Shown here piece by piece: positions 47,547 through 57,330 of a stretch of 64,000 nt of DNA. Within the stretch, counting starts at the first letter, position 1. Every line of letters begins with the position of its first letter. The translations under genes and the position numbers were made by a program. The DNA comes from Vicinamibacterales bacterium (lineage in GTDB: Bacteria; Acidobacteriota; Vicinamibacteria; Vicinamibacterales; 2-12-FULL-66-21). Under the pieces are notes generated by a model that was not told where the DNA came from, ran no database searches, and worked only from the letters and a program-made list of their open reading frames with translations. The DNA lies in assembly GCA_036258175.1 (NCBI GenBank), contig DATAEE010000027.1:2779-66778 (forward strand), in the 5' to 3' direction.

Positions 47547-48160
47547 GTGCACATGCGTGTAGCGACAGCGACCCTGGTTGGTTTCCTGCTCGCATCCGGA
47601 TCGGCGGCGGGGCAGGACGTCACGGGTGGCGTCAAGGGAGGCGTGAACTTCGCGAGTCTCGTGTTCGACAGCGACGTCGCCGACCTCAACCTGGACAGCC
47701 GGGTTGGCCTTGTCGCGGGCGGATTCGTGACGTGGCCGGTCAGTCCCCGGTTCGACATTCAGCCCGAAGCGCTCGTCCGCGTGAAGGGCGCCTCGTTCAG
47801 CGAATTTGGCGCCGACGCCGACATCGAGATCACCTACCTCGAGATCCCGATCCTGTTTCGCTATGGGTCGCCGATCTCTTCGGGGACATCGCTCAACTGT
47901 TCGGCGGGCCATCGCTCGCCTTCAAACTGAACGCCGAGGCAACCGGCGAGTTCCTGGACGTATCCGAAGACCAGGATATCGACGACGACGTGGAGAGCTT
48001 CGACTTCGGTCTCGTTCTCGGCGCCGGCATCGACGCGAGCCGCCTGACGTTCGACGGCCGCTACACGTGGGGACTGACCAGCATCGCCAACACGCCGGTC
48101 GAGGACGACGTCCAGGTCAAGAACCGGACGTTTTCACTGATGATCGGCTTCCGCATCTGA
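47547..48160 (+). pseudogene. Outer-membrane beta-barrel (OmpA-like barrel/porin family) gene with a frameshift
   Basis: The signal plus first strands are in ORF 47547-47930; the remainder (LFGGPSLAFKLNAEA...TFSLMIGFRI) is in ORF 47732-48160. The frames meet at the GGG run 47865-47867. Confidence 0.65.
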
Positions 48161-48260
48161 AGCCACGGATTACGCGGATCTAAAACAAGTCACGAATTAC
48201 GCGGATTCTCGACCTACTGTCGCCGGAGTATCATCCTCCCTTCTAGACCCCCGGCCGGGC

Positions 48261-48386
48261 CGACCGAGAGCCGGGGTATGGGGCAGAGCCCCGGTCCCGG
48301 GGCGCGCACGGCGCGCCCGCGAGGGAGCGGAGCGGGGCGTAGGGGTCCCCGCGAGCGACCGAGCCGGGGAATGGGGCAGAGCCCCA
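48261..48386. repeat. Dispersed structured repeat: partial copy (48261-48292) plus full copy B (48301-48386)
   Basis: Copy B matches the reverse complement of 3388-3473 at about 91% identity. The partial copy repeats the CGACCGAG..CCGGGG.ATGGGGCAGAGCCCC end. Confidence 0.8.
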
Positions 48387-48411
48387 TCTAAAAAAGAAAG
48401 GGAGGGTCGCC

Positions 48412-49455
48412 ATGCGGACACGGACGCTCGCGATGCTGTTCGTCTGTTTCAGCCTGGCATGTGGCGGCGGGTCGTCAAGTCCGCGACCGGCGCAGCAGGG
48501 TCCGCCCGCGCGCGTCAAGATCGGCCTTCTGATGGACGACGTCGCGCAGGAACGGTGGCAGCGCGACCGGGACATCTTCATTGCGCGCGCAAAGGAGCTG
48601 CGAGCCGAAACGGTCGTCCGCGCGGCGGACAACGATCAGGCCAAGCAGCTCCAGCAGGCCGAAGAGCTGCTGAAAGAGGGGGTGAAGGTCCTGGTGGTCG
48701 TTCCGCACGATGCCGAGAAAGCAGCGGCGATCGTCGAGATCGCCAAGAAACAGAACGTGCCCGTGATCAGCTACGACCGTTTAATCCGCAATGCGGACGT
48801 CGATCTCTACGTCTCCTTCGACAACGTCAAGGTCGGCGAGATGCAGGCGCGATACCTGCTGGACCGCGCGCCGAGAGGCAACTATCTCCTCATCGGCGGC
48901 GCGCCGACCGACAACAACGCCAAGCTGCTCCGCGAGGGGCAGATGAAGGTGCTGGAGCCCGCGATCAAGCGCGGCGACGTCAAGATCGTAGGCGACTACT
49001 GGGCCGACAACTGGGAAGCGGCGCCGGCCGAGCAACACACGGAGGCGACGCTCAAGAAGGTCCGCAACAACCTCGCCGCCGTCGTCGCGTCGAATGACGT
49101 CACGGCGGGTGGCGTCGTCCGCGCCCTCCAAAAACACAACCTCGCCGGCAAGGTGCTCGTGTCCGGCCAGGATGCGGAGCTTCCCGCCGTTCAACGACTG
49201 GTGGCTGGAACGCAGGCGATGACCGTGTACAAGCGCATTACGCCGCTCGCACGGACGGCAGCACGTTCCGCCGTCGACCTCGCCGACGGCGACAAGGTGG
49301 ACGGCACATCGACCGTCAACAACGGCCGCAAGGACGTCCCAGCGCTCTTGCTCGACGGCATGCCCGTCGACAAGGAAAACGTCGAACAGACGGTCGTCGC
49401 CGACGGGTTTCACAAGAAGGAAGAGGTATTCGGGGCAGGGACACCTAAACCCTAG
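48412..49455 (+). CDS. Periplasmic sugar-binding lipoprotein (XylF/RbsB-like ABC substrate-binding protein), orphan
   Basis: Lipobox FSLACGG. KIGLLMDD..ERWQRDRD, VISYDRLI, GGAPTDNNA, VVASNDVTAGG, VSGQDAE. No permease or ATPase adjacent. Confidence 0.8.
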   Translation: MRTRTLAMLFVCFSLACGGGSSSPRPAQQGPPARVKIGLLMDDVAQERWQRDRDIFIARAKELRAETVVRAADNDQAKQLQQAEELLKEGVKVLVVVPHDAEKAAAIVEIAKKQNVPVISYDRLIRNADVDLYVSFDNVKVGEMQARYLLDRAPRGNYLLIGGAPTDNNAKLLREGQMKVLEPAIKRGDVKIVGDYWADNWEAAPAEQHTEATLKKVRNNLAAVVASNDVTAGGVVRALQKHNLAGKVLVSGQDAELPAVQRLVAGTQAMTVYKRITPLARTAARSAVDLADGDKVDGTSTVNNGRKDVPALLLDGMPVDKENVEQTVVADGFHKKEEVFGAGTPKP

Positions 49456-49514
49456 CCCACTGTTGATTGTTGAATGCTGATTGCCCAATTCATTCAGCAG
49501 TCAGCACGCCGCAT

Positions 49515-50201
49515 TCAGCATTGAGGTAGTTTCTCGACCAGCTCGTTCAGCGAGCCAATGCGCTCGCACGGATATTCCGTATAAAGGTTGAACGGGTCGA
49601 GGAGCATCGCTCGAATACCGGCCGCCCGGGCGCCGACGATGTCGACGTGGTAGATGTCGCCGACGTGGAGCGTGCTCTCGCGGCGGGCGCCGAGCCGTTC
49701 GAGCGTGTGCTCGAAGATGCGCGGGTCCGGCTTCTCGACACCTATCTCCGCTGAATCGATCACGCAGTCGACGCACTGCGCCAGGCCGAGCCGTTCGAAC
49801 TTCGCGCAGAGTGTGCCGTTGGCGTTGGACACGACGGCAATCTGAAGCCCCATCCGCCGCACGCGTTCGAGGGCTGGCACGACGTCGGCTGGAATGGTTT
49901 CCCACAGATTGTGCTGGGAATGGTACGCGCGCAGCTCGTCCAGCGCGGCATCGCGCTGAGCGCTGGGTGGGATGCCCGCCGCTTCGAAGACGAGGTCGAA
50001 ATACCGGCGGCCGCGCTTTTCGTCCGGGGCGGAACCAATGAGTGTCGGCTCATCGATCTGTTTGCGGATGCGCGGCTCACGCGCCGCGAGCGCCTCGGGC
50101 GTGGCCAGCAGGCCGTGTCCGGCCAGCACGGCGCTGACGCGACCCCAGTTCGGGAACACGATCACGCCGCCGGCGTCGAGAAACAGCGTCTTGATGTGCA
50201 T
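49515..50201 (-). CDS. HAD-superfamily hydrolase
   Basis: Start at MHIKTLFLDAGGVIV (DxG motif I variant). VVSNANG, KPDPRIF, VGDIYHVDIVGA. ATGA overlap with the upstream gene. Confidence 0.8.
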   Translation of the reverse strand: MHIKTLFLDAGGVIVFPNWGRVSAVLAGHGLLATPEALAAREPRIRKQIDEPTLIGSAPDEKRGRRYFDLVFEAAGIPPSAQRDAALDELRAYHSQHNLWETIPADVVPALERVRRMGLQIAVVSNANGTLCAKFERLGLAQCVDCVIDSAEIGVEKPDPRIFEHTLERLGARRESTLHVGDIYHVDIVGARAAGIRAMLLDPFNLYTEYPCERIGSLNELVEKLPQC

Positions 50202-51541
50202 CAGCGCCCCTGGCTCCTGATGACCGTGCCGCCCTTCATGACGAACGTCACGCGGTTCAGCACTCCGATGTCCGTCAGCGGGTCGCCGTCCACGGCGATG
50301 ACGTCGGCGAACCGGCCCGGCTCCAGCGACCCCACACGATCGCCCCACCCCAGCAGCTCGGCAGCGTTGACTGTCGCGGCACGAATCACGTCAGCAGGAC
50401 GGATGCCAGTTCGCGCCAGCGCATCCAGCATGACCTTGGCGGCCTCGCCTCGCGTTTTGCCCCGATAGCGCATCCACATGTCCGATCCGGCGGCGATCTT
50501 CACGCCGGCTTTCGCCGCCCGTTGAACGAGCTTCGCGTGGTTCGCGGTAAACGCCGCGATCTGCTTCTCGATGCCCGCCTTCTCGGCGTCGGTCCACGCG
50601 CGCGGCGCCACGTAGACGTCACGAAGCGCCTCAGCAGTCCAGGCGATTGGCACGAGCGTGATGCCTTTCTCTTGCATGCTCGTCAGCATGGCATCGGTCG
50701 CCTCGTCGCCGTGTTCGATGGAATCCACTCCCCCATCGATCGCCGCCTGGATGCCGGCGGCGCTCGTCGCGTGCGCCGCGACCCGGATTCGCGCGCGGTG
50801 GGCGGCGGTGACAATCGCCGCGATTTCCTCCTGGTCCAGCACCCGAGGACCATCGTCCGCGACGATCTTGATCACGTCCACGCCCGCCCCGAGCAGGCTG
50901 CCGACCGCTCGCCGCGCTTCGTCAGCGCCGCTTATCGGGATGAACTCCTCGTCGAGGATCGCGCTCTGATCATGGAGGCGAAGCGCGACCGCCTGGCCGC
51001 CGGGCGGCGTGACCTTGCGCCCCGAAGCGAGCACGCGCGGCCCCGGAACCCATCCCGCATCGATCGCGTCCTTCAGCGCGACGTCGCCATCGACGCCGGA
51101 GTGGCCGACGTTTCGCACAGTCGTGAAGCCGGCCTCCAGCATTTCGCGGGCATTCGCCGCGCCGATGAGGGCGCGTCGGGCCGGACCGAGCTGCGTGATC
51201 GAGATGATGATGTTCGCGCCGGCCCCGAACTGCTCGTCCATCCGCGCGAGCAGATGCGCGTGGCAATCGATGAGCCCCGGCATGACAATCGCCGTCCCAA
51301 GGTCGATCGTCGTCGCTCCGGCCGGCGCCTCGGATGTTATGTCGGCTGCGGGACCGGCCTGTGCGATCCGGCCATCCGCGACGAGCAGCGCATGGTTGGT
51401 CCGGTAGGTGCCCGTTTTGACGTCCAGCATGCGGGCTGCCTTGATTACCGTTGCGGTCGCCCCGGCTGGAGCCGGTGTCTGGCCGCCAGTAGCGGTGAGT
51501 GTCGTCGCGAAAACCCCGATGAGCGAAGTGAGACGGCTCAT
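50201..51541 (-). CDS. Secreted amidohydrolase family protein
   Basis: Start at MSRLTSLIGVFATTLTATGG. PGLIDCHAHL metal motif; AAHATS; IEHGD; GSDM; GRFADVIAVDGDPL. Confidence 0.8.
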   Translation of the reverse strand: MSRLTSLIGVFATTLTATGGQTPAPAGATATVIKAARMLDVKTGTYRTNHALLVADGRIAQAGPAADITSEAPAGATTIDLGTAIVMPGLIDCHAHLLARMDEQFGAGANIIISITQLGPARRALIGAANAREMLEAGFTTVRNVGHSGVDGDVALKDAIDAGWVPGPRVLASGRKVTPPGGQAVALRLHDQSAILDEEFIPISGADEARRAVGSLLGAGVDVIKIVADDGPRVLDQEEIAAIVTAAHRARIRVAAHATSAAGIQAAIDGGVDSIEHGDEATDAMLTSMQEKGITLVPIAWTAEALRDVYVAPRAWTDAEKAGIEKQIAAFTANHAKLVQRAAKAGVKIAAGSDMWMRYRGKTRGEAAKVMLDALARTGIRPADVIRAATVNAAELLGWGDRVGSLEPGRFADVIAVDGDPLTDIGVLNRVTFVMKGGTVIRSQGR

Positions 51542-51592
51542 GACGAGAATCATATTCGGTCGGATTGCGATCCGGTTTACCATCGGACGCGA

Positions 51593-52252
51593 ATGGACCT
51601 CGTCCTCCTCGGTGCGCCCGGGTCGGGCAAAGGCACCCAGGCTGACCACCTCCAGCGCGAGATCGGGCTGACTCACATCGCCTCGGGCGATTTGTTCCGT
51701 CACCATCTGCAGCAGAAGACCGACCTCGGGATTCAGGCCGGCGAGTTCATGACGCGCGGCGCGCTCGTGCCAGATCCGATCACGATTGCGATGCTGCGCG
51801 ACCGGATCACTCAGCCGGATACAACGAAGGGCGTTCTCCTCGACGGATTCCCACGGACGATGGAGCAGGCGATCGCACTCAACGAGATGATGTCCGGCCT
51901 CGGGCGGGACATCGACGCCGTGCTGTATGTCGAGGTGCCGGACGAGGAGCTGGTGGAGCGCTTGTCGGGACGGCTTATCTGCCGCGAGTGCCAGGTTCCG
52001 TTTCACCGGACGGCGAATCCGTTCCGGACTTGCCCGCAAGGCCGGTGCACCGGCGAGCATCTCTATCAACGCGCGGACGACACCCCCGACACCGTGCGCG
52101 CCCGTCTCGTCACGTATCACAAGCAGACCGCGCCCGTCATCGATTACTACCGGTTGATCAATCTGCTGATCACCGTGCCCGGCACCGGCGCGGTCGACGA
52201 GGTCAAACGCGCGACGCTCGACGCCGTCAGGCGCCTTGCCAAGGAGAGCTGA
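51593..52252 (+). CDS. adk: Adenylate kinase (Cys-containing lid)
   Basis: MDLVLLGAPGSGKGTQA, LLDGFPRT, lid RLICRECQVPFH...CPQGRC. Confidence 0.93.
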   Translation: MDLVLLGAPGSGKGTQADHLQREIGLTHIASGDLFRHHLQQKTDLGIQAGEFMTRGALVPDPITIAMLRDRITQPDTTKGVLLDGFPRTMEQAIALNEMMSGLGRDIDAVLYVEVPDEELVERLSGRLICRECQVPFHRTANPFRTCPQGRCTGEHLYQRADDTPDTVRARLVTYHKQTAPVIDYYRLINLLITVPGTGAVDEVKRATLDAVRRLAKES

Positions 52253-53793
52253 TGTTCGAAGCTGCCGAACTCGGTCAGGAGATCCCGAAAGACAAATACA
52301 AGGCGAGTGTTCCCACGCTCCGCACCGAACTGCTCGAGGTGCAGCGACAGCTGACGGCCGCCCGCTTCCCCGTCATCGTCATCTTCGGCGGCGTGGACGG
52401 CGCCGGGAAGGGCGAGACCGTCAACCTGTTGAACGAGTGGATGGATCCGCGATGGATCGTCACGCGTGCGTACGGTGAGCCGTCCGATGAGGAGAGCGAG
52501 CGCCCTGAATACTGGCGCTACTGGCGGGACCTCCCGCGCAAGGGCCGCATCGGTCTATTCCTGAGCTCCTGGTACTCACGGCCGCTGCTGGATCGGGTGT
52601 ATCGGCGTATCGGCCGCGCCGCGTTCGACAAGGAGCTCGACCGGATCGCGGCCTTCGAACGAACGTTGACCGACGACGGGGCGCTGATCCTCAAGTTCTG
52701 GATGCATCTCGGCAAGCGCGCGCAGAAGAAACTCCTGCGGAAGCTGGAGAGAGATCCCCTCACCAGCTGGCGTGTAACGAAGTTGCAGTGGCAGCACTGG
52801 CGCATGTACGGCAAGTTTGTGGCCGCGGCGGAGCGCGCATTGCAGCGAACGAGCACGGTCGACGCGCCGTGGACGATCGTGGAAGGGGCCGACGAAGCCT
52901 ATCGAAGCCTTACGGTCGCGACGACGATACGGAATGCGGTTCGACAGGCGCTCGAGCAGAAGCGCGGGGAGGCGCCAACGCTGAAGCTCGTCGGTGGATC
53001 GGGAAAATCCATCCGCGCCAGAGAGACGGCTTCACGACCCCAGGCGGCGACTGCGGCGCGACTCTCGGGGACCGCGCCTGGACCCACGATCCTCAGCAAT
53101 CTCGATATGTCGCAGACGATCCCCAAGAAGAAGTTCGCGACCGAGCTCGAGAAGTATCAGGGGCGGCTGAATCGCCTGCAGCGGAAGGCCCTCGCGAAGG
53201 GTGTCTCGACAATCATGGTGTTCGAGGGCTGGGACGCTGCCGGGAAGGGCGGGGCGATCCGGCGCGTCACCGGCGCCCTGGACGCGCGATCGTACCAGGT
53301 CATCCCGATTGCGGCCCCTACCGACGAGGAGCGGGCGCAGCATTATCTCTGGCGGTTCTGGCGCCATCTCTCGCGCGCGGGGCGGCTCACCATCTTCGAT
53401 CGCAGCTGGTACGGCCGCGTGCTCGTGGAGCGGGTCGAAGGCTTCGCGGCGGAGCAGGAATGGAAGCGCGCCTACTCCGAGATCGGCGAGTTCGAAGAAG
53501 ACCTAGTCGAGTACGGGATCGTCCTGGTCAAGTACTGGGTGCACATCACGCAGGACGAGCAGCTCCGCCGCTTCAAGGAGCGCGAGAAAGCGGACTACAA
53601 GCAGTGGAAGCTGACCGACGAGGACTGGCGCAACCGCGCGAAGTGGGCGGACTACGAGCGCGCGGTCAACGAGATGGTGGAGCGGACCAGTACCCGGCTC
53701 GCGCCGTGGACGCTGGTTGAAGGCAACGACAAGTACTTCGCGAGACTGAAGGTCTTAAAGACGGCCTGCGACGCGCTCGAGGCTGCGGTGTAG
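52252..53793 (+). CDS. Two-domain PPK2 (polyphosphate:AMP phosphotransferase type)
   Basis: Two PPK2 modules: IFGGVDGAGKGETV... and VFEGWDAAGKGGAI..FDRSWYGRVLVE..WKLTDEDW. The ATG shares one base with the adk stop (TGATG). Confidence 0.85.
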   Translation: MFEAAELGQEIPKDKYKASVPTLRTELLEVQRQLTAARFPVIVIFGGVDGAGKGETVNLLNEWMDPRWIVTRAYGEPSDEESERPEYWRYWRDLPRKGRIGLFLSSWYSRPLLDRVYRRIGRAAFDKELDRIAAFERTLTDDGALILKFWMHLGKRAQKKLLRKLERDPLTSWRVTKLQWQHWRMYGKFVAAAERALQRTSTVDAPWTIVEGADEAYRSLTVATTIRNAVRQALEQKRGEAPTLKLVGGSGKSIRARETASRPQAATAARLSGTAPGPTILSNLDMSQTIPKKKFATELEKYQGRLNRLQRKALAKGVSTIMVFEGWDAAGKGGAIRRVTGALDARSYQVIPIAAPTDEERAQHYLWRFWRHLSRAGRLTIFDRSWYGRVLVERVEGFAAEQEWKRAYSEIGEFEEDLVEYGIVLVKYWVHITQDEQLRRFKEREKADYKQWKLTDEDWRNRAKWADYERAVNEMVERTSTRLAPWTLVEGNDKYFARLKVLKTACDALEAAV

Positions 53794-53804
53794 TCACGCA
53801 GGCG

Positions 53805-54383
53805 CTAGCGCCGTTCGCCGAGCGCTCGATCAATTTGCGGCACGAGCTCATCGTACATTTGGAGCAGCTGGGGCTCCCACAGCACGATGTCGCCGTAGTA
53901 GGAGGTCAAGCCCTCAAAGTTCTCTTCCATGGGGCGCAGGTAGATCGCCTGCATGATGCCTCCCGTCATTCCCAGATACGTCCGCTGCAGGCCGTAGGCG
54001 CGAGACAGTCCAAGAGCGAGGTCCGGGTCGATGTGTGCGAGCGCCTGCGTGGCCAGCGCAAGGTCCCACGCGGTCTGCTCGAAGAACACCGGCTGCAGTC
54101 CCCGGATCTGGATGTTCTCCGCTGTGCGCTTCTTCGGATCCGCTGCGAAGTAGGCTCTCAACTCCTTCAGCAGCCCGGCGTGATAGTCCTTCACGCCCTC
54201 GACAGCCTTGCGGTTCCTGAGAATCTCCGATCGGAAGCCGCGCAGCGATGCCTCCGCCAGTTCACGGTCGCGGGCACGCTCGCGCCACTGCTCGGCCATC
54301 AGCGCAAGGAACACCCCGAGGCTGATGAGAACCACCTCGAGGACGATCTTCAGCAGCCAACCGGACCTGGACGCCTTGTCCAT
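53805..54383 (-). CDS. Single-pass membrane hypothetical protein
   Basis: N-terminal TM LLKIVLEVVLISLGVFLALMA followed by a helical soluble domain. Last gene of the minus-strand cluster. Confidence 0.6.
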   Translation of the reverse strand: MDKASRSGWLLKIVLEVVLISLGVFLALMAEQWRERARDRELAEASLRGFRSEILRNRKAVEGVKDYHAGLLKELRAYFAADPKKRTAENIQIRGLQPVFFEQTAWDLALATQALAHIDPDLALGLSRAYGLQRTYLGMTGGIMQAIYLRPMEENFEGLTSYYGDIVLWEPQLLQMYDELVPQIDRALGERR

Positions 54384-54414
54384 GCGGGACGGATTCTATC
54401 CCGCAGCCGTCGGA

Positions 54415-56283
54415 TTAGGGCAACCGGAACGCCGCCATTTCCTCGCCGTTACGAACCAGGAGGACGTTGCCGACGAGCACGGGATGGTTCCAGGTCTTGC
54501 CCTCGATGGCCTTGAACCGCGCAACCTCGGTGAACTGATCGGGAGTGGCCTTCACGAGCGCGAGCTCGCCTTCTTCCGACACCACCAGCAGCAGATCCTG
54601 TTCGGCAAGCAGAATCATCTGCCCGTTGCCGTAGCGTCCGCCCTTCCACTTGCGCGCGCCGTCCTGAAGATCGATGCACGAGAGGATGCTGCCATCGAAA
54701 CCGAACGCGAGTCCCTTGTGGACCACGAAGTCGTTGAAGTACGGCTTCAACCCGCGCGAGTTCCAGCGCTCCTGGAGCGTCCATCCGTCAGATCCGTGGG
54801 CGACCGCAACGCGGCGTATCCCGCCGCTACCCATTCCGTCGCCGTGAGCTAGAAGCACGTCGCCGTCCGCAGTTCGAGCCGGCTGCACGATGCTGACGCT
54901 CGGCTCCCCTGAATGCTCCCAGAGGACCTTGCCGTCGGCCGGCGCGACGCTCGTCGTGCGACGTCCGCGCAGCAGCAACACCTGGTCGACGCCGTCAATC
55001 GTCATCAGATGCGGCGAGCTGTAACCGGCACCCTCGGGTGGACCTATCCACCGCTGCTTGCCCGTGAGAGCGTCGTAAGCGATCAGGCGGCCGGAAACAG
55101 CGACGATGACCGTGTGGCCGACCACCAGCGGCGAGCCGGCAAAACCCCACATCGGGATTTCCTCGTCCGTGTCGGCCGCCGCATTTCGCGACCAGATCCG
55201 GGCGCCGCTGCTGGCGTCCAGCGCGTTGACGACACCTGTCGCACCCATCGTGTAGACGCGGCCGCCGCTGAGAGTGGGCGTCGCGCGCGGGCCGGCGCCG
55301 GCGTTGGACTCCCAGAACCGTATCGGGTCGCGGTGTCTCCACACCGGCTTGCCCGAGGCCGCGTTGTAGGCGGCGACGATTTCATCCGGACCGCGCTGCT
55401 CCTGTGTGTAAATCAAGTCGCCGGAGACCGCGAAGGACGACCAACCCGGACCGATCGGCCGTCGCCACATCTCGACCGGCGGCGATTGAGACCAGTCGGT
55501 CTTGATTCTCACACCGGGGATGACACTGTTGCGTCCGGGACCTCGGAAGCCCGGCCAGGTGGCTCGGGTCACAACGGCTGCCGGCGCAGGCGGTTCGATC
55601 TTCGCTGGCGCTGCGACGGCCGGCGCAACTGGCGCCGGCTTGGCGGAATCTTTCGTATCGACAGGCGGCTCGGCGGTTTTCTCCGCCGGAGTGTCGACCG
55701 GTGGCGGAGCCGGCGGTGGCGCCTTGGGTTCCTCGTCCGCCTGAGCGAGCAGTCGTTCTTCGGGAGTCGCCGTCCATCGCCAGTGGAAATCTGAACCGAC
55801 GCCCCTGATGCCGTCGGTGCGCAACAGCGTGAATGCCGCACACGTGATCACGGTGGCGGCCGCCATCGAAACGCGTCGCGGTGCGACGGTCAGGCGGCGG
55901 GTACTCACGGCCCACACGACCAACGCGAGGGTCAGCACCGGGAAGGCGTAGACCGGGAGCATCCTTCCCATCATGCCGCCCGCAATGGACGGGTGAACGA
56001 CACGCTCTGTCACGGCAAGCGCAACGGTCGCCAGGACGATGGCGCCTATGCGCTCGACCCAGGGCGCGCGGCTGAAGAACAGCCACCACAGAACGATCGC
56101 CAGCGCGCCAAGCATTCCTCCCATCACCCCCAGCATCGCGATCGACAAACCGAAGATCGTGGCCTCGCCCGCGACGATGGGGAGGACAAACCGTGCGATC
56201 GCGACGAAGATCCCGAGGACTGCTCCGGGCCACAGGCGAAGAGGCTTGCGGGGCTTTGGGTTGTCGGTCTGTATGTTGGACAT
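54415..56283 (-). CDS. Membrane-anchored PQQ-like beta-propeller repeat protein (paralog B)
   Basis: About 5 N-terminal TMs, a Pro/Ala linker, then WPGFRGPGRNS... propeller repeats. The C-terminal ~85 aa are about 85-90% identical to 57327-59102. Confidence 0.75.
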   Translation of the reverse strand: MSNIQTDNPKPRKPLRLWPGAVLGIFVAIARFVLPIVAGEATIFGLSIAMLGVMGGMLGALAIVLWWLFFSRAPWVERIGAIVLATVALAVTERVVHPSIAGGMMGRMLPVYAFPVLTLALVVWAVSTRRLTVAPRRVSMAAATVITCAAFTLLRTDGIRGVGSDFHWRWTATPEERLLAQADEEPKAPPPAPPPVDTPAEKTAEPPVDTKDSAKPAPVAPAVAAPAKIEPPAPAAVVTRATWPGFRGPGRNSVIPGVRIKTDWSQSPPVEMWRRPIGPGWSSFAVSGDLIYTQEQRGPDEIVAAYNAASGKPVWRHRDPIRFWESNAGAGPRATPTLSGGRVYTMGATGVVNALDASSGARIWSRNAAADTDEEIPMWGFAGSPLVVGHTVIVAVSGRLIAYDALTGKQRWIGPPEGAGYSSPHLMTIDGVDQVLLLRGRRTTSVAPADGKVLWEHSGEPSVSIVQPARTADGDVLLAHGDGMGSGGIRRVAVAHGSDGWTLQERWNSRGLKPYFNDFVVHKGLAFGFDGSILSCIDLQDGARKWKGGRYGNGQMILLAEQDLLLVVSEEGELALVKATPDQFTEVARFKAIEGKTWNHPVLVGNVLLVRNGEEMAAFRLP

Positions 56284-56301
56284 AACCTTATGGAAGCACT
56301 G

Positions 56302-57330
56302 TCAGGCAGCGCCGATGCTGCGCAGGATGACCTCGTCCGCCGTCGGTTGCGCCTTGATATAACCGAGCTCGCTCGCGTCGGATCCACTCAATGACGATCC
56401 ACTCAATGCCGCCATCGTCGCCTGCGCCATCAAAGATACGCGCAGTTTCATCGTGCTGGTCGCTTTCTTCAATGGCTCGACGTCGGAGCCCAATGAAAAC
56501 TCGTCGAGCAGGCGGAGCGCGTACTCGCGCAGCTGAGACACTTCGTTGAGGCTCACCACCTGTTCGGCCGTTCGGCGAAGTCCCCAGACCTCATGCAGCC
56601 GGTGGAGCCGAGCGAGATACACCTCGGCAAGAAACAGATGAAACCAGCATCGTTGATAGTCCGACGTGCAGTGCAGCGCGTCATCGTTCGAGACGATGAC
56701 ATAGCGGCCGCGAGGTACCCGGTGACCCACGAAGGTCACCGCCGACGTGTCAGACAGCCGCATCGTTCCAGTGAATCTCCATGGCCCGATTCGGACCGAA
56801 TCGGCCCGCAGGTCGGCGGCACACAGGACGGTATCGCTGCTGTCCGCGAGCGGCGCCTTGAAGAGGACGAGATCGGCGACTGTCGCGAGCGACATGTATT
56901 CAAAGGTTCCATCCAGCCGAACGCCGTCCGCGTTGTGACGTGCCACGACCGAATGGTCGGCCTGGCGTGTGCGTTCGCTCCCTGCATTGGCCAGGATCAG
57001 CGAGCGGTTCCTGATCGTTCGCAGGAGAATCGCGCGCTGAAATCTCGCGACGCTCATCAGTGGCAGCGGAACGCACTGCAGCGCACAAAGCGGATAGAGG
57101 TGCATCGCCACGGCGATGCCCAGCGGCAGGCAATTCGCACCGAGAAGCCTGGCCGTTGTGGCCGCCGATTTGAAGACGATCGAAGGACGTCCTGACGGCG
57201 CCGGATACATCTGCAGTTGCGGGCAGAGTCGTTCGAACCCGTGTCGGTACGCTTCGCGCGCGGCACTTTGATCATCCGCACGGTTGACGCCCTCGACGAG
57301 CTCCGCGATAAGGTCGATCATCGGCGTCAC
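56302..57330 (-). CDS. Hypothetical cytoplasmic protein, possibly a divergent acyl-CoA dehydrogenase-like fold
   Basis: Middle segment ...NADGVRLDGTFEYMSLATVADLVLFKAP...CAADLRADSVRIGPWRFTGTMRLSDTSAVTFVGHRVP resembles the ACAD beta-barrel domain. No cofactor motif recognised. GTGA overlap with the upstream gene. Confidence 0.35.
   Translation of the reverse strand: MTPMIDLIAELVEGVNRADDQSAAREAYRHGFERLCPQLQMYPAPSGRPSIVFKSAATTARLLGANCLPLGIAVAMHLYPLCALQCVPLPLMSVARFQRAILLRTIRNRSLILANAGSERTRQADHSVVARHNADGVRLDGTFEYMSLATVADLVLFKAPLADSSDTVLCAADLRADSVRIGPWRFTGTMRLSDTSAVTFVGHRVPRGRYVIVSNDDALHCTSDYQRCWFHLFLAEVYLARLHRLHEVWGLRRTAEQVVSLNEVSQLREYALRLLDEFSLGSDVEPLKKATSTMKLRVSLMAQATMAALSGSSLSGSDASELGYIKAQPTADEVILRSIGAA

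Noticed and set aside
49456-49530. AT-richer stretch with AATGCTGA/TCAGCATT and GAATG/CATTC inverted repeats between the SBP and HAD genes.
   Set aside because: It is probably just a convergent terminator region. The stems are short and partly overlap the HAD coding end.
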